Shown here: piece after piece, positions 12,164 through 26,700 of the stretch
How the letters are laid out: every line of letters starts with the position of its first letter
How positions within the stretch are numbered: the stretch's first letter is position 1
Origin: Podarcis melisellensis
Taxonomy: Eukaryota
Strand: one strand, 5' to 3'
DNA: 64,000 bases
Assembly (NCBI GenBank): GCA_964234715.1
Contig: OZ174278.1
The notes under the pieces: generated by a model
The model's database searches: none
The model's input: only the letters and a program-made list of their open reading frames with translations
Told to the model about the DNA's origin: nothing
Made by a program: the position numbers and the translations under genes

Positions 12164-12349
12164 TGCATGGTGGATGCGCTGGGGAAACGGAGATTGCCCA
12201 ACAGTCGGCTAATTAGTCAAAGGAGAAGGTACAAAATACACTGGAGTTTACCTGCCTAAATAAGTTCTTTGTTTAATTTACATATTGCCCCATAGTGAAG
12301 CATTGTGGGTAGTTCACAGTAAGAAAGAGCTTTACAGAGCAAAACACCG

Positions 12350-12535
12350 TAGCAAGCTGTATGATACCAGGCCAGACCATTTGCTTATCTTGCCCAGTAA
12401 CATCTACTATGACAGGCAGAAGTTATCATGGGTCTCTGGCAGAGGTCTTCCCCATCACTTGCTACCTAATCTTTTAACTGGAAATGCTATGGAGAGAACC
12501 TGTGACCTTCTGTACACAAAGCACTGAATTATGAT
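12350..12535 (-). mobile_element. Old tRNA-derived squamate SINE remnant
   Basis: Reverse complement resembles the plus-strand remnants at about 24730-24990 and 63180-63320 (B-box-like head; CTGCCAGTC...GGGCCAATRGTCTG..TCAGTATAAGG tail). Boundaries approximate. Confidence 0.5.
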
Positions 12536-13200
12536 CCGTCCCCCAAAGCAAGACAAAATATCCAGTTTTAAATCTAACTCAGCTAAGAGGCCCTTTGCAA
12601 TAATGGAAGGTTTTCACTGGCCCCCTCAAAAGTAGTAAGAATAGTACAATACAAGCCTCCCTGGAAGCAAAGTTCAATCACTGGGGAGCCTATGGCAATA
12701 AATGCTATTAATCAGAGCTGTACTGAATCTTCACCTGTGAAGTTTTAAGGTGAAAAAGAGTGGAGTGTTACACATGCACTCATTGCTTATCTTTTTTGCA
12801 TACTGTTCTTAGGTGTTTCTTTTCCTGATCTGCCACTTTAGTGCCTTTTATAAAAATGGAATCCCAGACACATACAGCATGAGGATGTCAAAGAGACAGT
12901 CAACTTGGCTTCATGGTGTTATTATGAAGCTATACAGAATGATGTTTTCCTGACTGCATTTTGAATAGTCAAACATTTTTGCCATGTTTCACAAATCCAC
13001 ACATACCACCAAAAAAGAGTGAAGGCAAGTTTCATGATGGGGGGGAATTTTTACAGACTCCCTTCCATTTTGGCTCAGCCCTAGTATCAATGTCACAGAT
13101 ATTACTGTATATTACTGTAAAATATATGTTTGCTTTAAGGCAAGCTTCTATAATTAAAACCTGTTGCCCTGCGAAGATGGCAAAAATCTAAGCACTTTAC

Positions 13201-13286
13201 CTTGTAACCACTACATGTTAGTCCTGCATTCCGTTTGGCCAAAACACACTTCATTCGCAGAAAAAAAGATCTCTCTATTTCATACT
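13201..13286 (-). CDS. SIM2: SIM2 coding exon 5, 86 nt
   Basis: (E)[28 protein letters not shown]; acceptor TTTTCAG|, donor AAG|GTAAAG. Confidence 0.96.
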
Positions 13287-13499
13287 CTGAAAACAAAATA
13301 CAAATGTTTCAAGAATCTTTACAATATTCCTTTTGCCCTTTTAACATAGTTTTTAATATTAAACCTGTAGTACATTTTTTTAGTTAAGCTTACAAACATG
13401 AAGCATGAATATGAAAGTGATAATTAGAATGCTTGCTAAGCCATTATTTGTCACAGGCCTCATGATTTTAAGCATCCCTCAAAATCTTAAAAACATGAA

Positions 13500-14510
13500 T
13501 TTATTTATTTTAAACATTTTTAGGCCAGTTTCTGTACTATGTTCTCTGAAATGCCATCATTCTCTCAGATGTATCAATTTTTACGTTTCAGAATAAACAT
13601 TTTACATATTTTTAAATATCCAGTGACTTCCCTTCTTCTCCTTCCATGGTTCATTTTACTTATCTTCCATTCCTGCATATTTTACTATAACCAATTAAAT
13701 CAGTTCTCCATTTTTACATTGTTTAAACATTAATCACACTGATGAATTTATCTTAATGCTGCCAGCGTTTTCAGCTGTGTGCAATTATTTTCCATATATT
13801 CAATAAATATTTTTCACTCTTCTTTAAATATGTGTTCTTCTTGTTCTCTTATTCTATGCGTTAAGCCTGAAGTTCTGCATATTCTAGAATCTTACGTTGC
13901 CAGTCCTCTTTACCTGGGACCTCACTCACTTTCCATTTTGGTGCTAACAATACTCAAGCCGCTGTTGTTGCATAGATAAAAAAACTTTTCTGACATCTGG
14001 GAATTTCTGTATGACTTATTCCCAATAAGAAGGACTCCAGTCTTTTCGGGAAGGTTATTTTAAACATTTTTTTTCAACTCATTATAAATCATTTCCCAGT
14101 ACTCATTTACTTTTTTACATGTCCACCACACATGAAAAAAGTATTTCCGTTTCCTTACATTTCCAACACATATCTGATTCTACTTTATACATCTTAGCCA
14201 ACCTATTCGGAGTTAAAGACCATCTATGGATCATTTTCAAATAGTTCTCTTTGAATGAATAACATGCAGTAAATTTCAGATCATTTTTTCAAAGTTTCTC
14301 CCAGAGGTTTAAATCTATATTGTGTCCTATATCTATTGCCCAGTGTGTCATTGAAGCTTTAACTAGCTCGTCATTCGTTTCCCATTCTAATAAAAAGTTA
14401 TACATTTTGGACAAAGGTTTATCCTTATTTTGTATTAATTCTCTTTCAAATTGTGAGCTTTGGTCCAAAGGTATCCACACTTTGAGAATGAGTTCACTAT
14501 TAGAATAGGT
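13500..14510 (-). mobile_element. 5'-truncated L1-clade LINE: ORF2 C-terminus plus 3'UTR
   Basis: ORF 14289..14522 (LSKMYNFLLEW...WAIDIGHNIDLNLWEKL), followed by CWKCKE..FFHVWWTCKKVNEYWEMIYNEL (frameshifted CCHC zinc knuckle) at about 14080-14170. Confidence 0.8.
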
Positions 14511-14559
14511 CAAAATCAGCACGTTTAAATTAACTGGAAGGCAGTGTAGCTATTTTAAA

Positions 14560-15330
14560 ACTCCAATATGACCAGCCCCACGGTTACATTATGCAGTAGC
14601 CGTAGTTTCTGAACAGTCCTCAAAAGGTGTCCCACATGAAACAGTACGTTACAATACTCTAAATGCATACATGGAGAACTGTGGTCAGGCTATCTTCATT
14701 CTTGAGAAAGATAGCAGTTGGTGTGCAACCGTTAGCAAACGAAAGGTGCTTCATGCCACAGAGGTCACTTGGGTCTCTGAAGCTAACACCTCCATATTGG
14801 GAACCTGATTTTTCAGGTGGAGTACACTATCACCTGACAACGAACCTGACTATAATGAACAAGAGAAATTGAGCTCCGTGCTATCAAAATATTGAGAACA
14901 CCCCAGTCAGTAGATTTATATAGATGCTGTCCATCGCGTGGAATAAAACCTGAAGAGCACCATAGAATAACTCCCAATAAGCAGCCTTAATAGTTGATCA
15001 TCAAGGGAGCAGGAGCCCACAACATTATACACCAAGTTCCACCAGCCAACCAGTTCATCAAGATATCATAGTGGATGGTACTGGACACCTCTGAGAGGTA
15101 CAGGAAAATCAACAGGATTGCAATTTCTTACTCTCTCCTCACAAAGGTGGCACCATGGTGATCATAGTTTCTGTGCCAAACCCTAATCAAAAATGGATTT
15201 AGATAATCAGTGTCATTCAAGGGTGTCTGGAGTTGCGTGAACACCTTCTCCTCAAAAGGTACATTGATAACTGGCAGGAAGCTGGCACAACTGTCTGAGT
15301 CCAGTATAGATTTTTTAATGAGTTGACAGG
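14560..15330 (-). mobile_element. Degenerate L2 LINE reverse transcriptase fragment
   Basis: Decayed motifs KKSILD...PVINVPF.EKV..QLQ..LNDTDYLNPF (ORF 15128..15364), an LDLS..FDT.DH-like stretch near 15070-15115, and LEYCN near 14650. Confidence 0.7.
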
Positions 15331-16050
15331 AAACTGCCTTATTTAGTGTAGAAAAGACAACCATCTCACACAGAGATGTTCATTTCATTATCTTCGGATT
15401 ATTTCTGAATATTTAGGTGTTTGAAACTTATGCTCAGAATGTCAAATTGGAGCACAGGGTTTCAAAGTATATTCCATTGTTAAAAAAATGATTTTAATAA
15501 TATAATTTTATTTGCAATTAAGATGCTTTATTTAAATGCAGAATTATACTTCCCTTAGTAACTTCCCAAACTCCCTTGATGAGGACTTCCACATTCCAGC
15601 AAATTGAGAAACAGTGTGATCCTGTGCACGTCTACTCAGAAGTAACTTCACCAAGTTCAGTAGAACTTACTCCCAGCTAAGCATACAATCACAACCTAAA
15701 TTTATTTCCTATGGATTAAGAAGTTGACATTTTTGTGCTGCTTCCACCAAATTAAGGTGTTTACATGCTTTCACTTTCTTCCATGTAACATTCCTACATG
15801 GAAAACAGTAGTTCTTCACAACAAACGGCTTACGAATATGAACAATACACATGTAAACTCACTAAAAATTGACTTTATGACATCTGTACTAAGATCTGCT
15901 AGAAATTAGAGCAAGATACTAATTCTCACCTTTCTGGACATGTTGGAGACACGTGGATACTTAGCCCTTGAACAAATATTTGGGCACCCTACATCTATGC
16001 ACAACCTGCTACCTCCTGCTGACTGCATTCATTTTTTCTTTCCTCAAGGA

Positions 16051-16381
16051 CAGGGGTCAGCAACCCACGGCTCCGGAGCCACATGTGGCTCTTTTACACC
16101 TTTGCCGTGGCTCCGGGGCGGATACTAGTGAGGGGAGGAGGCGCACTGTGCGCCCCGACACTCCCCACTGTGGCGGGCGCTGTACTGGCTGTGACGTCGC
16201 ATGGGGGCGGGGCGTGCGTTAGTCACGCACCGTCCTGACGTCACCTTCCCGCCCGCTGTCAGATCGCGGCTCCGGAGATATATTTGTTTTAAATGTCGCA
16301 ATGGTTTTGCGGCTCCCAGTTTTTTTTCCTTCGGAAACGGGTCCAAATGGCTCTTTTTGTCTTAAAGGTTGCAGACCCCTG
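16051..16381. mobile_element. Young hAT non-autonomous element
   Basis: TIRs CAGGGGTCAGCAACC / GGTTGCAGACCCCTG; 8-bp TSD CTCAAGGA / CTTAAGGA (7 of 8 match); CpG-rich interior in CpG-poor surroundings. Confidence 0.85.
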
Positions 16382-17529
16382 CTTAAGGACCTGTGCCACA
16401 CAGAGCACATCCTTGCTAACTAGACAATTGCAATAAGCTGCCTGGTGAGAGATCATAGAATTGTAGAGATAATGCAGGTTCATACAGCTAGCAGGTTGAT
16501 ATCCCCTGCAGACAAACTACGAGAGAGACAAATGACCCACCCACCTATCCTTGAATTGCTTGAGGATTTTGTTTGGTCTTCATTTTTAAGCAAACTGACT
16601 AGATTTGCACTTACCAGACTAATACGTGGATCAGAATGCAGTTATCCTTCTGTTTTCATACTTCTCCCATTTTGCAATACAGGTATCAGCTCAAAAAATG
16701 TACCAAAATGCACACAAAAATGTGTATTTTAGGATAAAATGCGTTCAAAATGTGTCTTTTGTAAAAATAAAAATACATTGATGTGATTTTTTTTTTGCTT
16801 TTAAAAAATTGCAGATAGTTGCAGAAACAGATTTATGATCATATGTGAACCAACACAGACCAGAAACATGTTGATCCATCCCTAATCTATAGATAGCAAG
16901 AAGTTTCCCAAACCTATGAAGCTATGTAACTCCTGAGCCACCTAAGAGCTAGGTTCATAAACTAAAAAAACCCACAAATCTATTGGCCTAACGCCTATAA
17001 AATCCTGAAGATCTATCTAACTAGCTGACTTAACATGTTACATACAAAACATGAATATGTAAGCCATAGCTTTACTTCAACACATTAAGTAAAAGATGAC
17101 ATTAGAATAACAAACTAGAAAATCTTTTTCTGCAAGGTGTCTCATAGTCTGCTACATTTTTTTTCAAGTCAGCAGCTGCAGCAATCTAACTGGTAGCTAA
17201 AGACCCTTGATGCTATGGCCTACATTCTGAGAAAGAGCAGCCAATCTACAACACACTTAGGAAACATGGCCACAGTTGAAACCTTGAGACTTTTAAACCT
17301 CTTCAGGATCTCAGCATCTTTGTCAATTGTTTAGCAATAAATCCACTTGAGTGATCCTGTCACTGTTTTTTGTTTTGTTTTGCTTTGCTTTTTGCACTGT
17401 ATTCTCACCCAGCTGCTACTGCTGGCCCTTAAATAATCATTGTCAAATCACTGAATTTCCATTGAAGAACTGTCCACTCACTGAGTCTTCTAAGAGCATA
17501 TATCTGCTGCTTCAAGTTAAAGGACAAGT

Positions 17530-17794
17530 AAGATAAAAGGTAATGGCCCCTGGACGGTTAAGTTCAGTCAAAGGTGACTATGGGGTGTGGTGCTCATCTC
17601 GCTTTTCAGGCCAAGGGAGCCAGCGTTTATCCACAAACAGCCTTCTGGGTCATGTTGCCAGAATGACTAAACCGCTTCTGGCGCAACGGGACACCGTGGA
17701 GAGTGCCAGAGCTCACATGGATTCGAACCACTGACCTTCCAATCTGCAAACCCAAGAGGCTCAGTGGTTTAGACCACAGCACCACCCACGTCCC
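17530..17794 (-). mobile_element. Sauria SINE with an internal deletion
   Basis: Reverse-strand head GGGACGTGGGTGGTGCTGTGGTCTAAACCACTGAG, B-box GGTTCGAATCC, ACCTTT-type tail; 12-bp TSD TAAAGGACAAGT at 17518-17529 and 17795-17806. Confidence 0.85.
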
Positions 17795-18179
17795 TAAAGG
17801 ACAAGTGAGGGGTAGTGGGATTTAAGACAAAAGGAGTATTTATGAGAAGGAAACCCATCCTTTTCCTTGTCTAGCTCCAATACTAGAAGTACAGCACAGA
17901 GAAAACCTCTTAAACGAACGCAGAGAGATAAGGATGAGGAAGGGAGGTTTTCCTCCACTCCCTGCATGCTCCTTTTCATGGAAATCCTCCCTGCCCGCTT
18001 TATAACTAAACCAGTAAGTTCATGTGCAACGACACAAACACACATACACCTACCAGGCGCTCAGATTAGTAGCTTTGTGAATTCAACCAGAAAGCAAAAC
18101 AAGGAACCCACTCCAGAGTTTCAAGCAACATTCCCCTTTGCCTCCTGGGGTTTAGGTCTTCCTTCCTTAGGTCTTCCAC

Positions 18180-18331
18180 ATGTGCAGAAGCGATCTGCGT
18201 GCTTCAAGCATGCGCAGATGCGCTCGATCGCACCGCGCACATGCGCAGAAAAGGCACTCTAGTTGCGGACTTTTCGGGATGCAAACAGCACCCCGAAACT
18301 GATTAAGTCCACAACTAGAGGTACAACTGTA
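18180..18331. mobile_element. One-ended Tc1/mariner MITE remnant
   Basis: Ends in ...GAGGTACAACTG-TA, like the TIR of the 36865 family; internal GCATGCGCAGA repeats. Confidence 0.5.
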
Positions 18332-18721
18332 TCAAGCACTTTAAAAAGAAAATTTGCAAATAAAACTCTAGCCAGTATTTCCCAGATACATGGCCTGCAA
18401 CTGGACAATGTGTGATACTTAATGAATTAAAACCAAAGGGGCAATTCATCTCCATGTGTAGCCACCATCAGAGGGGTGACAAATGATGTGTTTTCTCCTT
18501 TCCCTCTTGGAGACCATGTACTGGCCATTACTCAGAACAAAAGGCCAGCATGGTTCTAGTGTATCCAGACCTTCTGCACTATTCCAATGTAATGGCTGGT
18601 GCATATATGACAAAGAGGAGGAAGGAAAGAAGAGACATTAACCAGGCCTTATAAGAAACTCTCCACATGTGACAAAAGAAATCATGCTCCACGTCATTTG
18701 TGTACCTTTGTCTTACCCATA

Positions 18722-19082
18722 AAATGGTAAAGGTACCCCTGCCCATACGGGCCAGTCTTGACAGACTCTGGGGTTGTGCGCCCATCTCACTTAAGAGGCC
18801 AGGGGCCAGCGCTGTCCGGAGACACTTCCGGGTCACATGGCCAGTGTGACATCGCTGCTCTGGCGAGCCAGAGCTGCACACGGAAACGCCGTTTACCTTC
18901 CCGCTGGTAAGCGGTCCCTATTTATCTACTTGCACCCGGAGGTGCTTTCGAACTGCTAGGTTGGCAGGCGCTGGGACCGAGCAGCGGGAGCGCACCCCGC
19001 AGCAGGGATTCGAACCGCCGACCTTTCGATTGGCAAGTCCTAGGCGCTGAGGCTTTAACCCACAGCGCCACCTGTGTCCCCC
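18722..19082 (-). mobile_element. Full-length Sauria SINE
   Basis: tRNA-like head with GGTTCGAATCC, TACCTTTACC tail, 14-bp TSD TTGTCTTACCCATA at 18708-18721 and 19083-19096. Confidence 0.9.
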
Positions 19083-20000
19083 TTGTCTTACCCATACATC
19101 AAATAGATTGCTGATACTTTGAAGATCAGACAATCCAGATATTAAGAGAGAACATAAAACAGACTCATCTAAACCCACCTATTTATTTACATCCAGTTTG
19201 AACTGAGATGCCAATTATCAAATACACATTAAAGATAAAATACTCATTTGATCTCGTCAATGGAATTTCAAATAAGTGAATTGTTCTTGTTTTAATCAAG
19301 TATGTATCTTAAATTATCCCATTTTCCTGGAAATTCAAAGACAACATGTCCAACTTCAAAAAAGATTTACAAATAAATATGTCCTATGGACATTTCAACG
19401 GTTTGCTCTGCTATACGTCACGGTATTAAAAAAGGAGGCAGTGGCTATTTTATGTAATGAATTTGTGCCTGTACATTCAGATTGCACATGACTATTTAAC
19501 AAGATACTTTAGCCCCTTCTGTGAAATTATATTTAGCTTTCATGCAACCCTGAATCATCCCTGAGGTGATGGAATGAAATCAATCTTACTTGCTCTCTCC
19601 CATTTCTATGTGTTTTGAAGAAGGATCACATAAAACTTCAGAATGTTTTGTTTGTTGTCAAATGGTCACTAAGCATTTTTCACAACTCTATACCTACTAT
19701 ACCCTTGTTCACAGAGCAAAGTCATTTATTATTTCATAACTGTAGTCTACAATTTAAAGTTTCGTCACTGTGAACAAACCTAATATTGCAGCTAGATATG
19801 CTGAAGAATGAAGTTTTAATATTAATTTCACAATTTGGAATGAGATAAAAGATTCTACATCAATATAGCTACATACAACACTTGGCCAGGAACCCTTTTT
19901 ACATTTGTAAATTTCAGTGGATTAAGTGTTGGCATGTTAAGATCAGCACTATATCTCATCATCCTTTTTACTTGTATATGGTCATATCATATGGAAGTAC

Positions 20001-20109
20001 CTTGTAAGAGATGAGGATGAAGAGGCTGGTGAGCTGTTAGAACCGCTGTCATTTCATCATGGTCTGATGGATGTATATACTCATAAATGCTATTACCGGT
20101 GAGTTCCAC
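20001..20109 (-). CDS. SIM2: SIM2 coding exon 4 (PAS-A), 109 nt
   Basis: [36 protein letters not shown](E); acceptor TTGACAG|, donor CAAG|GTACTT. Confidence 0.96.
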
Positions 20110-23100
20110 CTGTCAAGAATATATTTAATACATTCAGAACTATAGCAGATTTTTTTTTCCTTTTAGTATTAATTTTCAGAGGTCTCTTGTGTGTAATATA
20201 CATATGATTTACAAATACTCCACTGCATTTCTAACACTCCTATTGTCTTCCTAGACCAAAAGCAGCTATCAACCAATAGCCATGATCAACAAGTTGTTTT
20301 GTCTTATCATGAGCAAAAAAGGTTCAGTTGCAGCATACATGACTTGAAGACTGTGATCTATGTAAATACTAATTACACCAAAAAAAGGATTCAGTGTTAA
20401 GTATGACCCTATTTTGAGCTCGGGAGTCAAACAGTTATTGCTGGAGGAGATAACTATGAAATAGAATGTTTAGTTCCCGTGATTTTTCACAATGAAAAAA
20501 AACCTCTATTAAAAAATGTGTGATCACAGCTTGGATGGAGGGTGGTAGGGGAGAATTGAATAGCCCCACTCATTTCTCAAAGGCTAACCAGAGTTTGGTC
20601 TTTTCCTAAAGGACTATGTTCTCACAACCCTGGCAGTGTGGCTGTTACATTGAGCTTGGAAACAGTGTATACACCATCCATTTGCACTCCTGATTCCTCA
20701 AACAACTGACATAGCTATATTTTCTATAAAGGTGAATTCACACCTTATGCAGATTGTACCATTGCAGTTAGCATTCAGTAGCTTAAAACTGCAAAACAGT
20801 CCTTTTTATCATGGTCTGGATGAGCTATTAAGAGTCACAGGTTCAACCGTTTCTTCCTGCTCTCCTCTCCCACCAATTAGTAAACTCCATGAGACTAGTA
20901 TTCTGATTGAGTTCCAACCAGAACTAGGACATTTAGGGTTGGAATGAAAAGCAGCTTTAACAAGTTTGTGAATTAGACTTCACAGTTCTCAGTACTTAAC
21001 TAGTTAACAACAGGTCTAAATTTAAATATGTGGTTGAACTCATGTGTTTTCTACAAGCATGTGCCTTGCTTTACTGAATTAAGGCATAGATTCATTTAGA
21101 GATTGGAATCTCAACTAATTTAAAGTTTTAAAAGCTGTCCCTCAGTACATTTTATAAGCCAGAGAATGCAGTCTTTCATCTGGCTAACAGCTATGTGAAT
21201 GCTTATTAATGTTTACCAAATGTATACATAATAGCTATATGAAAAATTCAATCTTGTCCTGTGGGCCTTCATTCCAGTTTTGAGGAAACAAGTGGTATAT
21301 AAGCAGGGGCAGATCCACCCACATGGAAACAAGTAGTAGTATCAGTTTGTATCTGTGTCCTTTCCAAGAAGGAAGAATTACCCTGAATCAGACCTAACAT
21401 AACACAGCTCTCTGTTTCTAGCTTTGTTGGGAAAGAGACTGTAAATGCAAAGATGCAGTGTTTTACCCGAAGCCATTCTTCCAAAATATATTTTCCTACT
21501 TATTGTTCTCAAAAGGAAAAAAGGGTAAAGAAAGAAGGTAGAGTATTGCAGACAGGAGAGTGAAGGAGGCAACACAGTTTGCACAATGAACATTTTTAGG
21601 GAGTGAAGGATAGAAACTGGAAAGGGAAAAGGTGGTTTGAAAAGGCAGAAAAGGCAGCTATAGTAGAAATTAGAGACAGAAAGAACTTGGGGAAGGGTAG
21701 AACAGACATAGTCATACCTTAGTCTCTTAACAAGGCATCACATGTATAGAATTTCCTCTTTACCTATACATTATTGGCGCACAGAAAAAGTGAAGGGAAT
21801 CCTCTCCCCAGAATACCAAAACAGTCAAAAGTTTTTTAAGAGTGCTTCTATACCTCACATACCTCCTTGCCATGCCTGCATTTAGGGATTTGCTACTACT
21901 AACACAACTAGTTGCTTTCTTTTACTCTATTTTTTCCACCAAAGAACTCCCTCATTCTAGTGGTGTCTGCTTTCATCTGAGAGTCTCAGAGAAAAGCAGA
22001 TGTCACCAAAGCAGAGCACTTTTGAAAAGAAATGAGAAGTTACTTTAAAAAAATAGCTAGAAAATTGGTTTTTACTGTGTAGGCAACTCGAGAATATGGT
22101 GTCATGTCAGGGACAAGTCTAGTACAGAGGTCTTTTCTAATCACAGAAAAGAAAATTATTTCAAAAGGTCCAACAATGACAAAAATGGTCCTGCAAAAAA
22201 ACTTAGTGCCCAATTGTTAATTGCCCCTGAGGAAACAGCAAGCAGGTTGCATCTGCTGCCTTGCCCTTCCCCTCTTAGTGGTGCCTAGGCAATACGATTC
22301 CAGACTCTACTCAGGTCCTTTGTCCTATCAGTGAGTTCATAAATAGTTACATACCATTCTTAATTTTTTTTTAAGATAAATAACAATCTGTCTCTAATTA
22401 ATAAAAGTCAAAGCAAATATGTGGATCTTCGCTCAAGGCTACAAGGAGAAGCCTACAAAATGAAGCTGGCAAGCTAATACTGACCCACCATGCACTTTAA
22501 GGCCCACATGGGAGCATTCTGTAAGAGCCACTCCACACATGAAAATAAACACCCTCTTTACTGTTTACTGAATCAGCAGTACTTCACACAGGTTTCGGGG
22601 GGGGGGGTGGGAAACATTTCCATGATAGTGGGAACATCCAGTGTTGATAAATGGCACAATCCTCTACATCAGAAGGAAATCACACTGAGTTTAAGTGGTA
22701 TGTGATTGCAACCTAAGGTTGCTAAAAAATAACTTTTCAAACCATTAAACATGGGCTAATTACAAGTTTGGGGCACAAATATTTCAAAATGCTGCATCAC
22801 ATCCCAATTCAGCTTGCTAACAGAAATAGAATTGCTTTATTCTAAACACATGTACTTGAAAGTAAATCCCATTGTTTTCAGTTGAACATACATTTAAGAA
22901 ATTGTTAGTTACCTTTAAAATGAACAAATGTAACAGTGCCCTAAAACCCCAAACACTAACGTTTGAGCAGAACAGTAGTAAACCTGGTTTTATGAGTTCT
23001 ACCATAAACATATAAAACGCTTTACTGAAAAGGCCACAAGGCTGGCAAAACTCAAGAAAAATTGCCTGAATTCCATGTGAACACTCATAAATCTGCTCCC

Positions 23101-23189
23101 TTTTTATTTTTTCCTAAAGCACATTTACTATAAAACTCAGGTTTCCTCTGTTTTCACAGCAGCTAACACTACAAGTGGAGAGACTGCTG

Positions 23190-23288
23190 TTGCACTCAGT
23201 TCCTGCTTGTGGACTTCCTATAGGCATCTGGTTGGCCACTGTGAGATGGATGGGCCTTTGGTCAGATCCAGCAGTTCTTATATTCTTA
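23190..23288 (+). mobile_element. CR1-type 3' end remnant
   Basis: GGCATCTGGTTGGCCACTGTGAGA..GATGGGCC.TTGG.C.GATCCAGCAG..CTTAT.TTCTTA tail; family recalled from memory. Confidence 0.55.
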
Positions 23289-23584
23289 CTGCATACAATT
23301 CAAAACACAGACTGGAAATTTCCACTTTTTTCCAGAGATCTATACCACTGCTCTGGTCAATGGCCATTTGTAACAACACCCAGCAAGCAATAGGCAGCAC
23401 TTGCTATAATTGTATGACAAGTGGACTATGCTGTATCCAGCTTCCAGGAGGTTTTAGTAGCACAAGGGAGAGTAGAATTAGCAGAGCACTTTTGTGGACT
23501 GCATTTTTAGTTTCAAAATGTATATAAGTAACAAGCAAAATGCTAAGTTTTTCCTTTACAGTGATAAGCTGTGTGAATTATTTA

Positions 23585-23779
<195 letters not shown>

Positions 23780-26700
23780 TTACCACTTACAATTTACAGT
23801 CAAGTTGCTTGTGATAAGTTTTTTTATTTCCCCCTACAGAAGAACATATATTTTAAAACATATTACCCAAATTGGCTTGATGAAGACTAGGTTAGGTTGA
23901 TTAAATATGTGTATCACTTCCCACTAAAACATCCCAAAATGATTTATAAGCAGGTAAAATAAATAATCAAATTAAGTATACAATAATAAAATTAAAACAG
24001 ATTAAAAACAGATTTAACTGTATTATATAATTGGTGCTGCCCAATTACTATTATACACACACTATAAAAAGTTAAATCTAACTCATTCTCCCCTTACATA
24101 TGCTAGTTTTACAGCAGCAGCAAATTTAACATTCTCATGTTGATATTGGGATATTATAGTACTTAGCAAAAATCTTGAGTCCTTATGGGGGAAACCAATC
24201 CCAATTAATTGGTTGAAATAACTTATCACTATTTACTGTTTTAATGATTCCTGAGTGATGTTTTACATTCTTCTGACTATGTTTATTAAGGGTTTCGTGA
24301 GCATAGAATAATCTGACAAGTGGCTCCTTTGAAACTTGTAATGGAAAGAACATGAATGTTTCATAAAATAAGTTTTATGAAACCATAATTTCAAAAGCGA
24401 TAGAAGGGAAATCCCTTGAAAGTTAAAACTACCTTATATAATTGTTCACAAGTAACTCTGCAATATGCTACTTTGACTGATTCTATAGTTATTGCTTGGG
24501 ACCTAATATTGCATATTTTAACCAATAAGATAAAATGAAGGCTCAGCAAAAATTTAAGCATATTGTTGTATTTTAAAAACACTAATCCTGATCACATGAG
24601 TAGATTTAAATCTGCTTCCAAACACCATTTTGAGGATTCGGGTATGAGTCACAAAAGGAAAGCAATCTCAGCCCCAGAAACATGTATTTGGAAGCAAGCT
24701 CTGCTGATTTCAGGGAAGAACCTTAATGCACTAGAATACCATTTAATATGCAGCAGGTCCCAGGTTTAATCCCTGGCATTGCCTTTTGAAGAATCTCAGG
24801 TAGCAAGGCAGGTAAAGTTCGAAAAAGCCTGCCAATCAGAATGGAGCAATCATTTGAGAGAGTTGCCACAGCTCAACAGCAGAGCATCAAAGGTCTCAAG
24901 TTAAATTGCCAGTTAAAGCATCTCAGGTAGGCAGGCTGAGAAAGACCTCTGTCTAAGACCTTAGAAGTTACTGCTTATCAGAGGACCAAATGTTCATTAA
25001 AACAAAACCCACCTCTACACAAGTGTGATTAGACCATAAGAATTCTTCATATGGAGGGAAAGGGGTCTACATTTGAAAAGGGAAATGTATTTCTAAATAC
25101 TGTATATAGATAAAACAATTGCCTTTTATATTTACTAGTTCATATTTTAAGATGCTGGAACAAAAGGAAAGTAATAAAAGTCTGCAACAGAGGGGCAAGT
25201 TCAATGTTACCCCAATAAAAAATATTCCAAATTATTCTCTGACCTACTCTACTTTTACAGCATGTAATTAGAACCAGATTACTCTTTGGTTTCATTCCCG
25301 CCCCCCTTCTTCTGAACATAAACAAAACTTTGTAGCAGTATTAACATGGGGAAGAAATCACTGCTTTCTTAAATAAAACATTGCTTTAAAACATTCCTCA
25401 TAAACTAGCAATTTGTTCCCCGATGTTATAGTTAGGCTGCATTGGCACTTCCATTAGAAAACCTTACTTTTAGTGGCTCTTTAAATACATGGCACTCCCC
25501 TCCCTTCTTTGCTCAAAGGTGAAAGCACACATATTTTCAGTAAAGTAGCTGCATGTCTTAAAACAACATTTATAATTCAGAAATAGCTGGACATTTTAAA
25601 TAGTATTACATCATTATTTTGTGTTAAATACAATTTGAAAATAGTAAATTAAGAAGTTGCAGGTATGTTATAAATATTAACTACTGCATGCAATCTCAAG
25701 CATAAGAGGTAAGATACAAATTTTTAAATAGCTAGCAAATAAATAGATGTCACTAAGCTCCTTACTGTGTGCCAAACTATATTTTTGAAAGATTAATTTA
25801 TATCACATTTTGTTTAAACATATATTTGATTTTTGTCAACAAAGGTGTTCTAAAAGTTTTTTTTCCTCAAAGTATACACTACTTTTCATGAAGTTGACTT
25901 TCTATGCAACAACAATATGACAAAATATACTTTAAGGATGTGAATCAATTTCTGTTTACATTAAAGTTACTTTCAAAACAGGTTACATTCCAGCAAAAAG
26001 ATCATTATACACCTCATTCTACATCAATGCCAAAGCATTTGTTAATGTATTACAATTATATACACCCCACTATCCAATGGAAATTAGTGAAAATAATGAT
26101 TAAGATATGGAAACCTTTATCATACAGTGTCTGTTTATTCAAGTTTCAGAAGGCCCTGCAAATGTCAATCTGCTAGTAAAATGTGGTTGAAAAGTTTAAG
26201 AACTCGCTTACCTGGGAGTAAACCCCATTGAATTAAATGGGAATTACTTCTGAGTAAACATGGTTAGAACAGCGGCATAAAGCATAACTAAAACAAAGTT
26301 CTCAACCCTTACCTAATATTTTCAGGGCTACCTTTACCAACATGCAAAATGGTTACAATAGTGAGTGTAAGATAAATTATAGTAATTTTGAAAAACAGTT
26401 TACTGTTTTATTTTTCCGGTTTCACCTACTCTAGGCTGCTTTTCTCTTTATTATACCTGTAAAGTCAGGAGGAATTTACTAGCAAAAAAACCTTTTGTGA
26501 GGTGAGCACACGCATGTCTATACCCTTTGCAGCACTGGGACTTACACAATAGAGAGAAGCAGAATTCCAAAGTGGATCAACCAGATTTTGAACAACTGTA
26601 TTTTCAGGTGCTAACGTCAATGGAAGATCTAATCCAGATGTTCTCCTCCCACCACAGGAGCCATGCGTTCTTTTAAAGGTTTTCCCTACTGAGCAATGAG

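Noticed and set aside
11785-12259. ORFs with ER or SL repeats
   Set aside because: Translations of the (GA)n microsatellite.
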